A stretch of 55,101 bases of DNA, from positions 1 through 55,101 of the forward strand of contig JAZOVP010000099.1 in NCBI GenBank assembly GCA_045658765.1. Direction: 5' to 3'. Positions 18,028 to 27,082 of the stretch are shown in pieces (the stretch's first letter is position 1; the number at the start of each line of letters is the position of its first letter). Source of the stretch: Eubacteriales bacterium. GTDB lineage: Bacteria > Bacillota > Clostridia > Oscillospirales > SIG627. The position numbers and the translations under genes are program-made. The notes under the pieces were generated by a model that saw only the letters and a program-made list of their open reading frames with translations, made no database searches and was not told where the DNA came from.

Positions 18028-18339
18028 ATGATGAGTTTGTTTTTTTCCGTTCCGTGTATCATTTTTTTCGCTGCGCGCTTGTTTTTCTTCAAAACCATTG
18101 CGGATATGATTTTCTTTCTTTCCTTTGTTATGGTTGCTTTGGTTGATGTGTTTGGCGGAAACCGCGTTTTGCCGCGTGTTTTTTGCGGATTGAGCTCTGC
18201 CTCAATGTGCGCCCTTTCTTTGTTTTTCTTTTCCCAAAACGCCGTTTTCGATGTGTCGTATCTGATTTTTTCCGCACTTTGGTTTGTGATTCTCCTGGTT
18301 CCTGTTTTTTCGGATTCGCCTTGCGTTTCTTCAGACTAA
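18028..18339 (+). CDS. Small hypothetical membrane protein (about 3 TM)
   Basis: GAGGAGG RBS; strongly hydrophobic 103-aa product. Confidence 0.55.
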   Translation: MMSLFFSVPCIIFFAARLFFFKTIADMIFFLSFVMVALVDVFGGNRVLPRVFCGLSSASMCALSLFFFSQNAVFDVSYLIFSALWFVILLVPVFSDSPCVSSD

Positions 18340-18349
18340 GTGTTATAAT
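18321..18349 (+). promoter_or_regulatory. Promoter of the mini-Cas10/CARF operon
   Basis: TTGCGT, 17 nt, TATAAT with an extended -10 (TGtTATAAT), 59 nt upstream of the ATG at 18408. Confidence 0.55.
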
Positions 18350-18407
18350 TATTCCGTATACTTCCTATTATTTTATGCAAATTCAATTCCACTAAGGAGG
18401 AAGCTCA

Positions 18408-20012
18408 ATGAATATTCTTGTTAGTGCTATGAGTCTTTATACCCATCCCGAAGAAAAAGAATACCTTCTTCAAAAAGAGGGAAGAGAAATTCGGGTAAGC
18501 GCCTGCCAAACCAACGAACCCGTTCCCAAAGCACTTTCCCTTTATCTTTCCAAGAAGGGAGAAGCCCTTGATCAAATCGTGCTCCTTTGCACTCCCGCGG
18601 CACTCTCCTTCGATGCAAACGGAAAAAGCGCAGTCGATTATTTCAAAAACGCGATGCGCTCCTCGGGGATCGATGCCGAGATCCACACCCTGCTTCTAAA
18701 TGAAAAAGCCGATTCCGAATCCATCTATTTTACCGGTCTGGAACTCACCACGCTTTGCCGCACCTTTTCCGATCCCAAACTCTATATCGATTCCACCGGC
18801 GGCTTTCGCGATGCGATGATGTTTTTGATTTCCATGATGCAGCTGCTCAAGGAAGAAAAGATTCAAATCGCCGATGTGTTTTATACCGTGCTCGATCGCA
18901 AGGTTGCCTCTCCCCATCCCATTGTAAGCCGAATGGATGCCTATCGGGTATATGATCTCATCTCCGGTTATGAGGATCTTAAAACCTATGGCGATCCCAC
19001 CAAACTCAAAGAATATTTTTCGGCAAAAGATCTTTCCGCTGAAGCCGCAAAAATTCTCGATGCCCTGCAGAGCGTATATCATGAAATGAAGCTTTGCCGC
19101 GTTGCGCAAACAAACTCCGCGCTCCTTCGCCTTTCCCGTCTTCTGGAAGAATATACCCCCGCAGAAAACGCCTTTGATCGCGTGGTGGAACTTGCCGAAA
19201 CCAAATACGGCGGCATCCGCGATGGCTTCACCTATCCCGATTATATCAAGTGGTATTATGCGCATGGCTATGTTCCCCAAACCCTCGCCTTTTTCTATGA
19301 AACTCTTCCCGAAATTCTGGTGAGCGGGAAAATCCTTTATTACGGAAACCACTTAAAAGAAGTTTTGCAAAAGGATTTTGTTTCCAATGTTCCTCATCGC
19401 AAAGAACCATATTCCTTTTTCAATTCCTATTTCAAAAAAACCTTCGGATCCTATCAAGGCAAGGTGAGAAAAGCAAAAAAGGAAGTCCTTTCCTTGGCAA
19501 ATGCCGATTCCATTCCGATCGAGCAGCTTTCCCTTTCCGAATCGGGCAAAAAACTCTATGAAGGGCTTCGCTATTGCCTCCTTGGCAAGCACCATCTGCA
19601 GCTCTTGAAAAAGCCCGAAGCATCTTTCCTTCTCGAAGTGCTCCAAAACGGAAAAATGAAGGGCTTCGAGCGTGCAGAGGATCTTTGGAATTTTGATAAC
19701 ACGAAAAAGATTCTTGAAAGAATTGCGGGAAATGAAAAAATGCTGTGCGCCCTCTATGGTATCGCCCGCGAAGAAAAAGAACTCACCGATCGCGAGCACG
19801 CCCGCCTCATTCTCGCTTCGATCGACGGCAAAAACACCTTCCTCAAAGAAGGGGTCTCCGAAGAGGTGCTGGGAAATCTTCTGGAAAAATATTTCTATCT
19901 CAAGCACCAGCGCGACAGCGTTTTGCACGTTGGCCAAGATAGCGCTTCCCCCAAAACCCTGCGAAAACAGATTGCAGAAGCAATTTCCCTGATGGAGGAG
20001 ATATTAAAATGA
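18408..20012 (+). CDS. CARF (Cas_DxTHG / TM1812-type) plus HEPN protein, Csx1/Csm6-like; putative cyclic-oligoadenylate-activated RNase
   Basis: N-terminus MNILVSAMS..., then LYIDSTGGFRD (aa 128-134, a DxTHGxR-like motif), then VFYTV; this matches the DxTHG CARF pattern. The C-terminus has QRDSVLHVG (R502-X4-H507), an HEPN-type motif at the usual position. AAGGAGGA RBS. Confidence 0.55.
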   Translation: MNILVSAMSLYTHPEEKEYLLQKEGREIRVSACQTNEPVPKALSLYLSKKGEALDQIVLLCTPAALSFDANGKSAVDYFKNAMRSSGIDAEIHTLLLNEKADSESIYFTGLELTTLCRTFSDPKLYIDSTGGFRDAMMFLISMMQLLKEEKIQIADVFYTVLDRKVASPHPIVSRMDAYRVYDLISGYEDLKTYGDPTKLKEYFSAKDLSAEAAKILDALQSVYHEMKLCRVAQTNSALLRLSRLLEEYTPAENAFDRVVELAETKYGGIRDGFTYPDYIKWYYAHGYVPQTLAFFYETLPEILVSGKILYYGNHLKEVLQKDFVSNVPHRKEPYSFFNSYFKKTFGSYQGKVRKAKKEVLSLANADSIPIEQLSLSESGKKLYEGLRYCLLGKHHLQLLKKPEASFLLEVLQNGKMKGFERAEDLWNFDNTKKILERIAGNEKMLCALYGIAREEKELTDREHARLILASIDGKNTFLKEGVSEEVLGNLLEKYFYLKHQRDSVLHVGQDSASPKTLRKQIAEAISLMEEILK

Positions 20013-20629
20013 AAAAATATATTAGCACCATCACCCTTCAAACCAAAGGCGCGATCAAGCACAATTATCGCGATTCCAAAGGAATCGAAACCCCTCGTAT
20101 CCGCACCGCATTCCCCATTCTTCAGCAGATCAGCGATACCGTGGAAAAAGGGGAGGAAATTTCGGTGATCACCATCGTGGTGGGCGGCGAGGAAAACAAT
20201 GAAAATCTTCGCGCCTTCCGCGAGGAATTGGAAGAACTCAAAAATCAAAAGGGCTTCTTCTATACCCAAGAATGTATCCTGAAAGAGGAATCTGAAGAGG
20301 TGGAATCCATTCTTTCGCTCTTTTTGGCAATCACCAAAAAAGTTTCCGATGGCGATCGGCTTTATGCTTGCATCACCTATGGCACCAAGCCCATCGCCAT
20401 GGTTACCAATATGGCGCTCCACTATGCCTATCGCATCAAAAAAGATGTTTTGATCGAAGCGGTCAAATACGGCATGAAAGATTGGAACGCCACGGAAGAG
20501 CCCGTAGGCATTCTCTATGATACCACCGCTCTTTTCTATCTTGATTGTTTGATTGATCGCATTTCCTCCATGAAACTCGAAAACCCCGAAGAAGCGCTTC
20601 GCGCTCTGATTGAAACGGAGGGTGTTTGA
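20009..20629 (+). CDS. Stand-alone CARF-like protein (degenerate DxTHG motif CITYGTKP); candidate ring nuclease or regulatory subunit
   Basis: 206 aa. Same strand-helix pattern as the gene A N-terminus (MKKYISTITL, ISVITIVVGG, LYACITYGTKPIAMV, VKYG). ATGA overlap with gene A. Confidence 0.4.
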   Translation: MKKYISTITLQTKGAIKHNYRDSKGIETPRIRTAFPILQQISDTVEKGEEISVITIVVGGEENNENLRAFREELEELKNQKGFFYTQECILKEESEEVESILSLFLAITKKVSDGDRLYACITYGTKPIAMVTNMALHYAYRIKKDVLIEAVKYGMKDWNATEEPVGILYDTTALFYLDCLIDRISSMKLENPEEALRALIETEGV

Positions 20630-21774
20630 TGAGTTTTTCATCCGAATCCGATTTTGAATGGGAAGATCCCTTGGAGGAAATCTCGGAAGAATTCGAAGAA
20701 ATGTCGGAAGAAACCGAAGAAAAATTGCTTTTTTCCGGCCTTTCTTTCAATTCGAAAGGCAAAAGCGAAATTCAGGAATATATCAAAAAATTGAATTGGC
20801 CGAAACTCAAGGAAGAGCTCAATCTTTGGGGTCGGAAGTTTTCGGAAAGTCAAGGTGCCGAGCGCATCTTTGCCACCGAACGCATCTTAAAGCTTTTGGA
20901 AGACAATATTTTCGAATTCAGTTTTTGCGATAGCGATGCCCTTGCTGAAAATGCCAATTCTATTTTGCACATCAAATTCATCGGTGAACAAGATCATCCG
21001 ATTCGCTTTGTGAAAAGAATCTATCCGAAAAAAGTGTTTTTCGATGCTGTGTTCTATACCCTCGGATATATCACCTCGCCCAATCAATCGCCCGAGCGAG
21101 CCGCGGCGCGCGCGTATCATCACGATCACGAAAAAGGTGCGCAGTATGTTACGTATTTAACTTGGATGCTGGAATATTTCTCCCGCAGAAGAAGGGAAGA
21201 ATTGACCCGTTTGCATAAAAAAAACAAGCAACTTTTCCCCCGAGTTGTTTCGCAAGATGCCTCGTTTGAAGCGCAAAACACCGTCGAAAAGGAAGTGGCG
21301 GAGCGAAGCGAATCTGCCCGCGAAACCGAAGCGATCGTTTCCCTTGCCGCGCTTTGTTTTGATAAAATGCAGCTGGATCAAATGCTTGTGATCGGCGACG
21401 GAGCCATCGGTAAAGTGAAAAAAGTAAGCGGAAAAAACCTGCAGCTTTTCTATTCGTTCCGCCTTGTCAATTTCACCCGTTTTGCCATCGCAAAGGTATC
21501 GGAAAATGAAGATCGCATTCTGATGCGCGCCGCCGAACACGGCTTTTTATCGTTTTCCACCGAAATCACAGAGTTTTGCTATTCGAATCTTGTGAAAGCC
21601 GCTCTTTCTCCGTATATAATCGAAAAAAAGCTTTATTCGTTGGAAGATGGCAAAAAAGTTTTGCAGCAAAGCGCAGTGGCTGATTATCTAAAAATAGATC
21701 CGGGCACCTTAAGCCCGCAATTTCAGGCGGCCGCCCGCTATCTTGCCACCCATTGGAAATACAAACGTCCCTGA
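20629..21774 (+). CDS. Hypothetical protein with an acidic N-terminus; no recognisable domain
   Basis: Its ATG overlaps the upstream TGA by 1 nt, and GGAGG lies 8 nt upstream. The first 30 aa are very acidic (SESDFEWEDPLEEISEEFEEMSEETEE). A possible HTH-like segment near the C-terminus: QSAVADYLKIDPGTLSPQ. Confidence 0.6.
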   Translation: MSFSSESDFEWEDPLEEISEEFEEMSEETEEKLLFSGLSFNSKGKSEIQEYIKKLNWPKLKEELNLWGRKFSESQGAERIFATERILKLLEDNIFEFSFCDSDALAENANSILHIKFIGEQDHPIRFVKRIYPKKVFFDAVFYTLGYITSPNQSPERAAARAYHHDHEKGAQYVTYLTWMLEYFSRRRREELTRLHKKNKQLFPRVVSQDASFEAQNTVEKEVAERSESARETEAIVSLAALCFDKMQLDQMLVIGDGAIGKVKKVSGKNLQLFYSFRLVNFTRFAIAKVSENEDRILMRAAEHGFLSFSTEITEFCYSNLVKAALSPYIIEKKLYSLEDGKKVLQQSAVADYLKIDPGTLSPQFQAAARYLATHWKYKRP

Positions 21775-21789
21775 AAGAAAGGAAGCAAA

Positions 21790-22977
21790 GTGAAATCCGT
21801 TTTACCGTTTGAAACCTTGCCAAAAGGTCTGCCGTTTTGGCGCAATGTTTTATATTGTGCCGTGGATCTTTCCGGAATTCAGAATTTTATCTTTTCTCAA
21901 ATGGATCAGAATACCACCCGCGAAGAGGCAAAATTTCGCTCTGAATTTGTGGAAAGCATCGCGATCAAAGTGAAGGAAAAATTAAAAGAATTCCCCGAAT
22001 ATCTCTTTGGCAATGCTTCGGGAGGGAATTTCACCTGCGCCTTTTCCCCCTCGGTGGATCAGGCGGCGCTCAGGGAAGTTTTGGATCAAATGCAGCGTTC
22101 GCTTTTTGTGGAAACGAGGGGCAATCTCACTTTCTATTATGCACTCCAATCGGCAAAGTGCGTTTCTTCGAAGCGATTCCAAAAAGGTCGCTCCCTCCAT
22201 GTTTCCGCCTTGATCGGAAAATCTTTGGAGGCGGAAAAATATCATTGCAAAAATCTTCTTTCGGCAAAAAATTCCGATGCCGATGGCATGTTTGCGATCC
22301 CCTCCGCGAAAAGCACACCCAAAAAAAGAAGCAGCGATCAAGCGGTGTGCAAATTCGATTTGGATCATCTGGGAGCGTTTTTCCGTGAAATCTCGGAATA
22401 CGATCGCAAAATCTGTGTTGGCCAAGCGCTCGATCAAGCCATCAAAGAAGCCCTGAAAAAAGATCCGCGCATCGAAACGGTTTTTGCAGGGGGCGATGAT
22501 ATCTTTTTCCTTTGCCCGCTCGATTCCGCGCTTTCCGTGATCGCCTCTTTTTACCGTCGCCTTCGAAATTTGTTGAAAAAAAGCGAATTTCTGGCAGAAT
22601 ATGCCGAGCATAATTTTGGCATTTCAGGCGGGGTTTGCGCGCTTCGGAATCAGCTCGATACCATTCCGTTTCTTTCCTATTTCCGCAGTGCGGAAAATGC
22701 CCTTGCCACCGCCAAAACCAAAGGCAAAAAGAATTGTGTGTATTTCAAAATTCCGGGTGGGGAAGAAATGCAAATTTCTTGGAAAAATCTCCTCTTCCTT
22801 GCCGATGCCCTATCGCGGGAAAAAGAAACCGTTTTTTCTCAGTATCGCTTTGGCGGAGCGGATTATATCAATATCCCTCTTCTTTGCGATCAGCTCACTT
22901 TTTGCGAAAAGCAAAAATCAAATTTCTCAAAAAAGGATGTAAAGCGTCTTTATGAAATCAAAAAGATGTCTCTATGA
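21790..22977 (+). CDS. Mini-Cas10-like nucleotide cyclase: Palm1 plus Palm2 with intact GGDD; no HD domain and no full D4 domain
   Basis: AVDLSGIQNFIF (aa 24-35, the Cas10 Palm1 signature), SGGNFTCAF, KFDLDHLGAFF (Palm2 start), FAGGDDIFFL (GGDD at aa 234-237, nt 22489-22500), GISGGVCAL and AENALATAKTKGKKNCVYF. Only 395 aa; GTG start. Confidence 0.6.
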   Translation: MKSVLPFETLPKGLPFWRNVLYCAVDLSGIQNFIFSQMDQNTTREEAKFRSEFVESIAIKVKEKLKEFPEYLFGNASGGNFTCAFSPSVDQAALREVLDQMQRSLFVETRGNLTFYYALQSAKCVSSKRFQKGRSLHVSALIGKSLEAEKYHCKNLLSAKNSDADGMFAIPSAKSTPKKRSSDQAVCKFDLDHLGAFFREISEYDRKICVGQALDQAIKEALKKDPRIETVFAGGDDIFFLCPLDSALSVIASFYRRLRNLLKKSEFLAEYAEHNFGISGGVCALRNQLDTIPFLSYFRSAENALATAKTKGKKNCVYFKIPGGEEMQISWKNLLFLADALSREKETVFSQYRFGGADYINIPLLCDQLTFCEKQKSNFSKKDVKRLYEIKKMSL

Positions 22978-23635
22978 AATTGTTCTCACCCCGCTTGAAA
23001 ACAGCCGTTTCGAGGCGATGCCAAAAGCCGAAGATTTGGAAAAAGCCCTCCCCGAAAGCATTTCCTCGGATTTGTTTGTGGATGGATTTTCCCATAAAAG
23101 AATCGATCTCGGCGTAGGATTTGAAGCAAGTTGCGAGGAGCAATATCATCATCTCAAGCGCCTGAAAGGGGCAAAGATCATTTCCGATCGCGCTCGCAAT
23201 CTTTCGATCGATCAAATGATTTGTCGCCTTGAAGAAGGGGAATTGAAAGTGGAAAACGGTGTGATCGGTTTTTCCGAGGCCTATTCTCGCGCTTTTCGCA
23301 CGATTCGCTTATCGGATTCCGATGCCTTGTTTGGAGTGGAACTAAAAAAAGGCGCCCGCTTTCGCTGTTTTGTGAAAAGCAAAAGCTCCTCCTTCCCCGA
23401 AACGATTCTGATCTCGGGCTCTCCCTTTTTGTTGCAAAAAATATCCCCCCTCTCGCCGCCCGCCTCTCTTGGCGTGTTGCAAAAGAAAGTTTTTCTCTCG
23501 GAAGGAAAAAACTTTGCTTCCAATCCCAAATCCCGATTCAAACTCAGCTTTGACCCCGAAAAAAATCTTCCTGTTTTGTGTGCGGGGAGTGTGCTCGATC
23601 CAAACGAGGTTGAAGGCGTTTTTATTGAAAAATAA
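22952..23635 (+). CDS. Hypothetical protein; possible reduced Csm4/Cmr3 (Cas5-like RAMP) partner of the Cas10-like protein
   Basis: Overlaps the cas10-like gene by 26 nt. The N-terminus CLYEIVLTPLENSRF ... ISSDLFVDGF resembles the Csm4 N-terminal strand plus the S-x-D-x-[IL]-F motif. No clear G-rich loop. Confidence 0.3.
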   Translation: MKSKRCLYEIVLTPLENSRFEAMPKAEDLEKALPESISSDLFVDGFSHKRIDLGVGFEASCEEQYHHLKRLKGAKIISDRARNLSIDQMICRLEEGELKVENGVIGFSEAYSRAFRTIRLSDSDALFGVELKKGARFRCFVKSKSSSFPETILISGSPFLLQKISPLSPPASLGVLQKKVFLSEGKNFASNPKSRFKLSFDPEKNLPVLCAGSVLDPNEVEGVFIEK

Positions 23636-23644
23636 GGAGAATTT

Positions 23645-26600
23645 ATGAAGCCCTATCGAATTTACGACGTAAGAAAAGAAAAACTTTTTCTTCCCTTTGT
23701 TTTTTTGCCGAAATGGGAAAGGGAATACGAGGAATTTCTTTCGGAATACGATCCCGAAACCGGCTTTTTGATGACCAAAACCAAAACAAGAAACAGACAA
23801 AAAAACGAGGAACAGGAAGTGTATTTTCTGTATTTGGGTGCCAAGCATTACCGCCTCGATTTTTTTCAACAAAGATATAGAGATGTGGCATTCGCCATAA
23901 GAAGTTGCGATGGAATTTCCCAAAAAAACACCATCACCATCGCGGCCGAAGCCATCCGCATCATCGGAATTCCCAAGGATTTCTTTTTTATGAGCTCCGA
24001 TTGGCAAAGCTTTTGGGAAAATCATAAGGGATCCGATCTTTTCCCCACCTATGTGCCGAATTTTAGCACCGAAACGATCAAAACCACCTCCGAAGATCCT
24101 GCCGAACTGATTGCTTCCGCCCAGAAAATGTCTCATTTTTTGGAAAACAGTCCGTTTTTCGGAGGATCGTCAATGGCAACTGCCCCCTCGGTCTTTTTCC
24201 GATCCCGCGCTCTGGTCGATGTTTTTCTGGAAGAAAAGAAATCGCGGAAAGAAATCGAGGTCGAACCCGATCCTCTCTGGCAGTTCCTTTTGGAAACCAG
24301 CGAAAAGAAGAAAGAATTCGAATCCAATTTCTTGATCGAATGGCAGTATCTTAGTTTTGATCGCAAAGGAAAGGTCGATGATGCGCACCTTTGCGAATTC
24401 ACCATTGCCGCGCCCGATCAAACCATCCGTCAAAACGAAGCGCGCTTCGAAGCATTCAGAAAAGAAATCGGCATCGCAAAAGAGGATTCTGATTCCTCCA
24501 TCGAAACCTTGCGCGAGAGCTATTTGAATAAACTCGGCTCGGGCACCATGATCGAAATTCCCCTCAATCGTGCCCCCGATAAAAGCGGCAAGCAGCCGAT
24601 GCTGTTTGGCAGCGTGGTGCGCTTTGAATTTCCCGGCATCACCGCCGCAGAAGGCGAAGAAGTAAAACTCCCCGAGGATTACTTTGAAAAAAACGAGCAT
24701 TTTTCCATTCCTTGGAAGATGATTGTTTCTTTCAAAGACGATTCCGATGCCACTTTAAAAGAAATTTCTGCCTCCGGCACGCTCTGTGAAAGGGTTTCCA
24801 CCGATTATCAAAATTATAAATCCGCTCTGGGCGTGATGGTCAATAGAATCGCCGATCTTAGCTGGAAATCCGCGGAAGATATTATCATCCGCCAAAATCT
24901 TTCTCCGTTTGAAGTAAAGCCGGAAGAAGATTTTGTTTCCAAGCGCCTCAATCCCAATCAAAAAGAAGCCATTTCCCTTGCGCTTTCCGCACCCGATTTT
25001 TGCCTCATCCAAGGGCCTCCCGGCTCGGGCAAAACCACCATCATCACGGAAATGGTGCGCAAATTTGTCAATCGCGGCGAGCGCGTTCTCGTGTGCTCGA
25101 AGGGCAATCTTGCAGTGGATAATGTTTTGGAAAAATGGATCGAGGAAAATAAAATGCGCCCCGATTCCCATCTTTGTGTGCGCCTCGGTCAGAATTTCAA
25201 ACTCCCGTTTTTAAAGGATTATACCCCCGCAAAAGTAACCGAACGCGTGCAAGAAAAGGCATACAACAAAACCCGCGAAGAAAGAGATCAGCTTTCCCAA
25301 AAAGTGGAAGACAAAATCCGTTTTTTGGAAGAAAACCGCGAAAAGATCGAAGCGTTTTCCGAGTTTTGCACGTTTGTTTTCGATCTTACCGAAACCCTCC
25401 TTCTTCTCTTGCAGTCGTATCAAAATGCACCTTCCTATCTGAATTGGATGAGCTCCGTTCTCTCCGAAAAAACCTCTCTTGCATCCTCCGCTTATTCGAT
25501 CGTATACAATCAGGTTTTCCTGCCCGTTTGCCGAGCCCTGTTTTCTTCTGAGGTTCCGAGCGAAAAAACCGTAAAAGAATTCGATGAAGGGCTTGATCGG
25601 GTGTTTCAAATCGCGCAAACGCTCAAAGCCCCCGCCGAGTATGATTTCATCGCGCGCCTTTTCGCAAAAAATTGGATTGCTCTTTGGAATCAAAACGAAG
25701 CGGCACTGCTTTCAAAAATTGGCATTGTTTTGGCGAAAAACGAAAAAGAAACCGAATGGAAGAGCATCTCAAATCCCGCCCTTTTGTTGCTTTCGCTTCC
25801 CGATTTCGGCAAAACTCCCGATCCTTTTGCCGTGCTCCGCTTTGCGCGCACCCTTCCCGAAGAAATCAGCCGGTTTTCCGATCGTGAAATCCTCAAAATC
25901 GAGCGCATCCGCACTGTTTTAAATGATTGGCTTCAGGAACTCGGAAGCGGTGTTTCCACCCCCTTGGAAAGAACCGTTGTGCTCGATAGCATCCCCGTGA
26001 TCGGCTCCACTTGCATGGGAATTATGTCCGATAATGATTTTAAAGGCGTAAAATACGATGTTGTGATTGTGGATGAAGCCGGCCAAATCCCGATTTTTGA
26101 TTTGATGGTACCCCTCATCAAAGCCAAAAAAGTGGTTCTCATCGGCGATCATCTTCAGCTTCCTCCGATGAACGAAGATGAGTTTTTAGATTATCTTGAC
26201 AAAACGGAATATTTAGAAACCGAAGAAGGGGAGAAAAAAGAAATTCTTCGGAAAATCGGCGAGTGGTATAATGTGAGTTTATTCGAAAAACTCTATCGAA
26301 CCGCCTCTTTGAATCCTGCCAAAAAAATGCTCGATACCCAGTATCGTATGCATCCCGATATTTGCCAATTTATTTCCAAATCCTTTTATAACGGCGAATA
26401 CAAAGCGCACGATTCCACCAAAAACCGTATTCTTCGGATTGCGGGATTCGATCAGCCCATCTATTTTTACGATACCTGCACCCTCCCCGAAAAAGCGCGT
26501 GCAGAAACCTATCATAATCCCGGCTATTCCAATACCGTCGAAGCAGAAAAGATCTCCGATATTCTCGTCAAAATTCTCCTTGCCATTCGAGAGGGGAATT

Positions 26601-27082
26601 ATGAAGGCGAAAATCTTGTGCTTCGCGATAAAGCCACCGATGAAATCATCGGGTATGATATCGGCGTGATTTCGGGCTATAAAAAGCAGGTCAAAGCCAT
26701 CTCGAATCTCACTCAGAAAAAGCTCGAAGCGTATATGTCTCCCGAAGAAGCCGATCTTCATATGAGCCGCTTTATGATCAGCTCCGTCGATTCCTTCCAA
26801 GGAAGAGACAATCAGATCATCCTCTTCTCAATGACCCGAAGCAACCCCGAAGGCAAGATCGGCTTTTTAAAAGATGTGCGCCGTTTGAATGTGGCAATGA
26901 CCCGCGCCAAATCTCTTCTGATTATGGTGGGCGATTCCGCCACCCTCACCGCCTGCCCCGCATCTTGTGCCCATGATGCCTCCCAAAAGGTGGCCGATCT
27001 TTATCGCGCCCTTATTTTGCACTGCAACCAAAAGCATTATTATCATCCGATGAAAGGAGAAGAATCCGATGGCCAAACCTGA
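23645..27082 (+). CDS. SF1 helicase (Upf1/DNA2-like, AAA_11/AAA_12 type) with an uncharacterised ~440-aa N-terminal region
   Basis: LNPNQKEAI, GPPGSGKTT (aa 457-465), VIVDEAGQ (aa ~807-814), GDHLQLPP, QYRMHPDI, VDSFQGRDNQ and LNVAMTRAKS. A ~290-aa helical insertion separates motifs Ia and II. AAGGAGA RBS. Confidence 0.8.
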   Translation: MKPYRIYDVRKEKLFLPFVFLPKWEREYEEFLSEYDPETGFLMTKTKTRNRQKNEEQEVYFLYLGAKHYRLDFFQQRYRDVAFAIRSCDGISQKNTITIAAEAIRIIGIPKDFFFMSSDWQSFWENHKGSDLFPTYVPNFSTETIKTTSEDPAELIASAQKMSHFLENSPFFGGSSMATAPSVFFRSRALVDVFLEEKKSRKEIEVEPDPLWQFLLETSEKKKEFESNFLIEWQYLSFDRKGKVDDAHLCEFTIAAPDQTIRQNEARFEAFRKEIGIAKEDSDSSIETLRESYLNKLGSGTMIEIPLNRAPDKSGKQPMLFGSVVRFEFPGITAAEGEEVKLPEDYFEKNEHFSIPWKMIVSFKDDSDATLKEISASGTLCERVSTDYQNYKSALGVMVNRIADLSWKSAEDIIIRQNLSPFEVKPEEDFVSKRLNPNQKEAISLALSAPDFCLIQGPPGSGKTTIITEMVRKFVNRGERVLVCSKGNLAVDNVLEKWIEENKMRPDSHLCVRLGQNFKLPFLKDYTPAKVTERVQEKAYNKTREERDQLSQKVEDKIRFLEENREKIEAFSEFCTFVFDLTETLLLLLQSYQNAPSYLNWMSSVLSEKTSLASSAYSIVYNQVFLPVCRALFSSEVPSEKTVKEFDEGLDRVFQIAQTLKAPAEYDFIARLFAKNWIALWNQNEAALLSKIGIVLAKNEKETEWKSISNPALLLLSLPDFGKTPDPFAVLRFARTLPEEISRFSDREILKIERIRTVLNDWLQELGSGVSTPLERTVVLDSIPVIGSTCMGIMSDNDFKGVKYDVVIVDEAGQIPIFDLMVPLIKAKKVVLIGDHLQLPPMNEDEFLDYLDKTEYLETEEGEKKEILRKIGEWYNVSLFEKLYRTASLNPAKKMLDTQYRMHPDICQFISKSFYNGEYKAHDSTKNRILRIAGFDQPIYFYDTCTLPEKARAETYHNPGYSNTVEAEKISDILVKILLAIREGNYEGENLVLRDKATDEIIGYDIGVISGYKKQVKAISNLTQKKLEAYMSPEEADLHMSRFMISSVDSFQGRDNQIILFSMTRSNPEGKIGFLKDVRRLNVAMTRAKSLLIMVGDSATLTACPASCAHDASQKVADLYRALILHCNQKHYYHPMKGEESDGQT

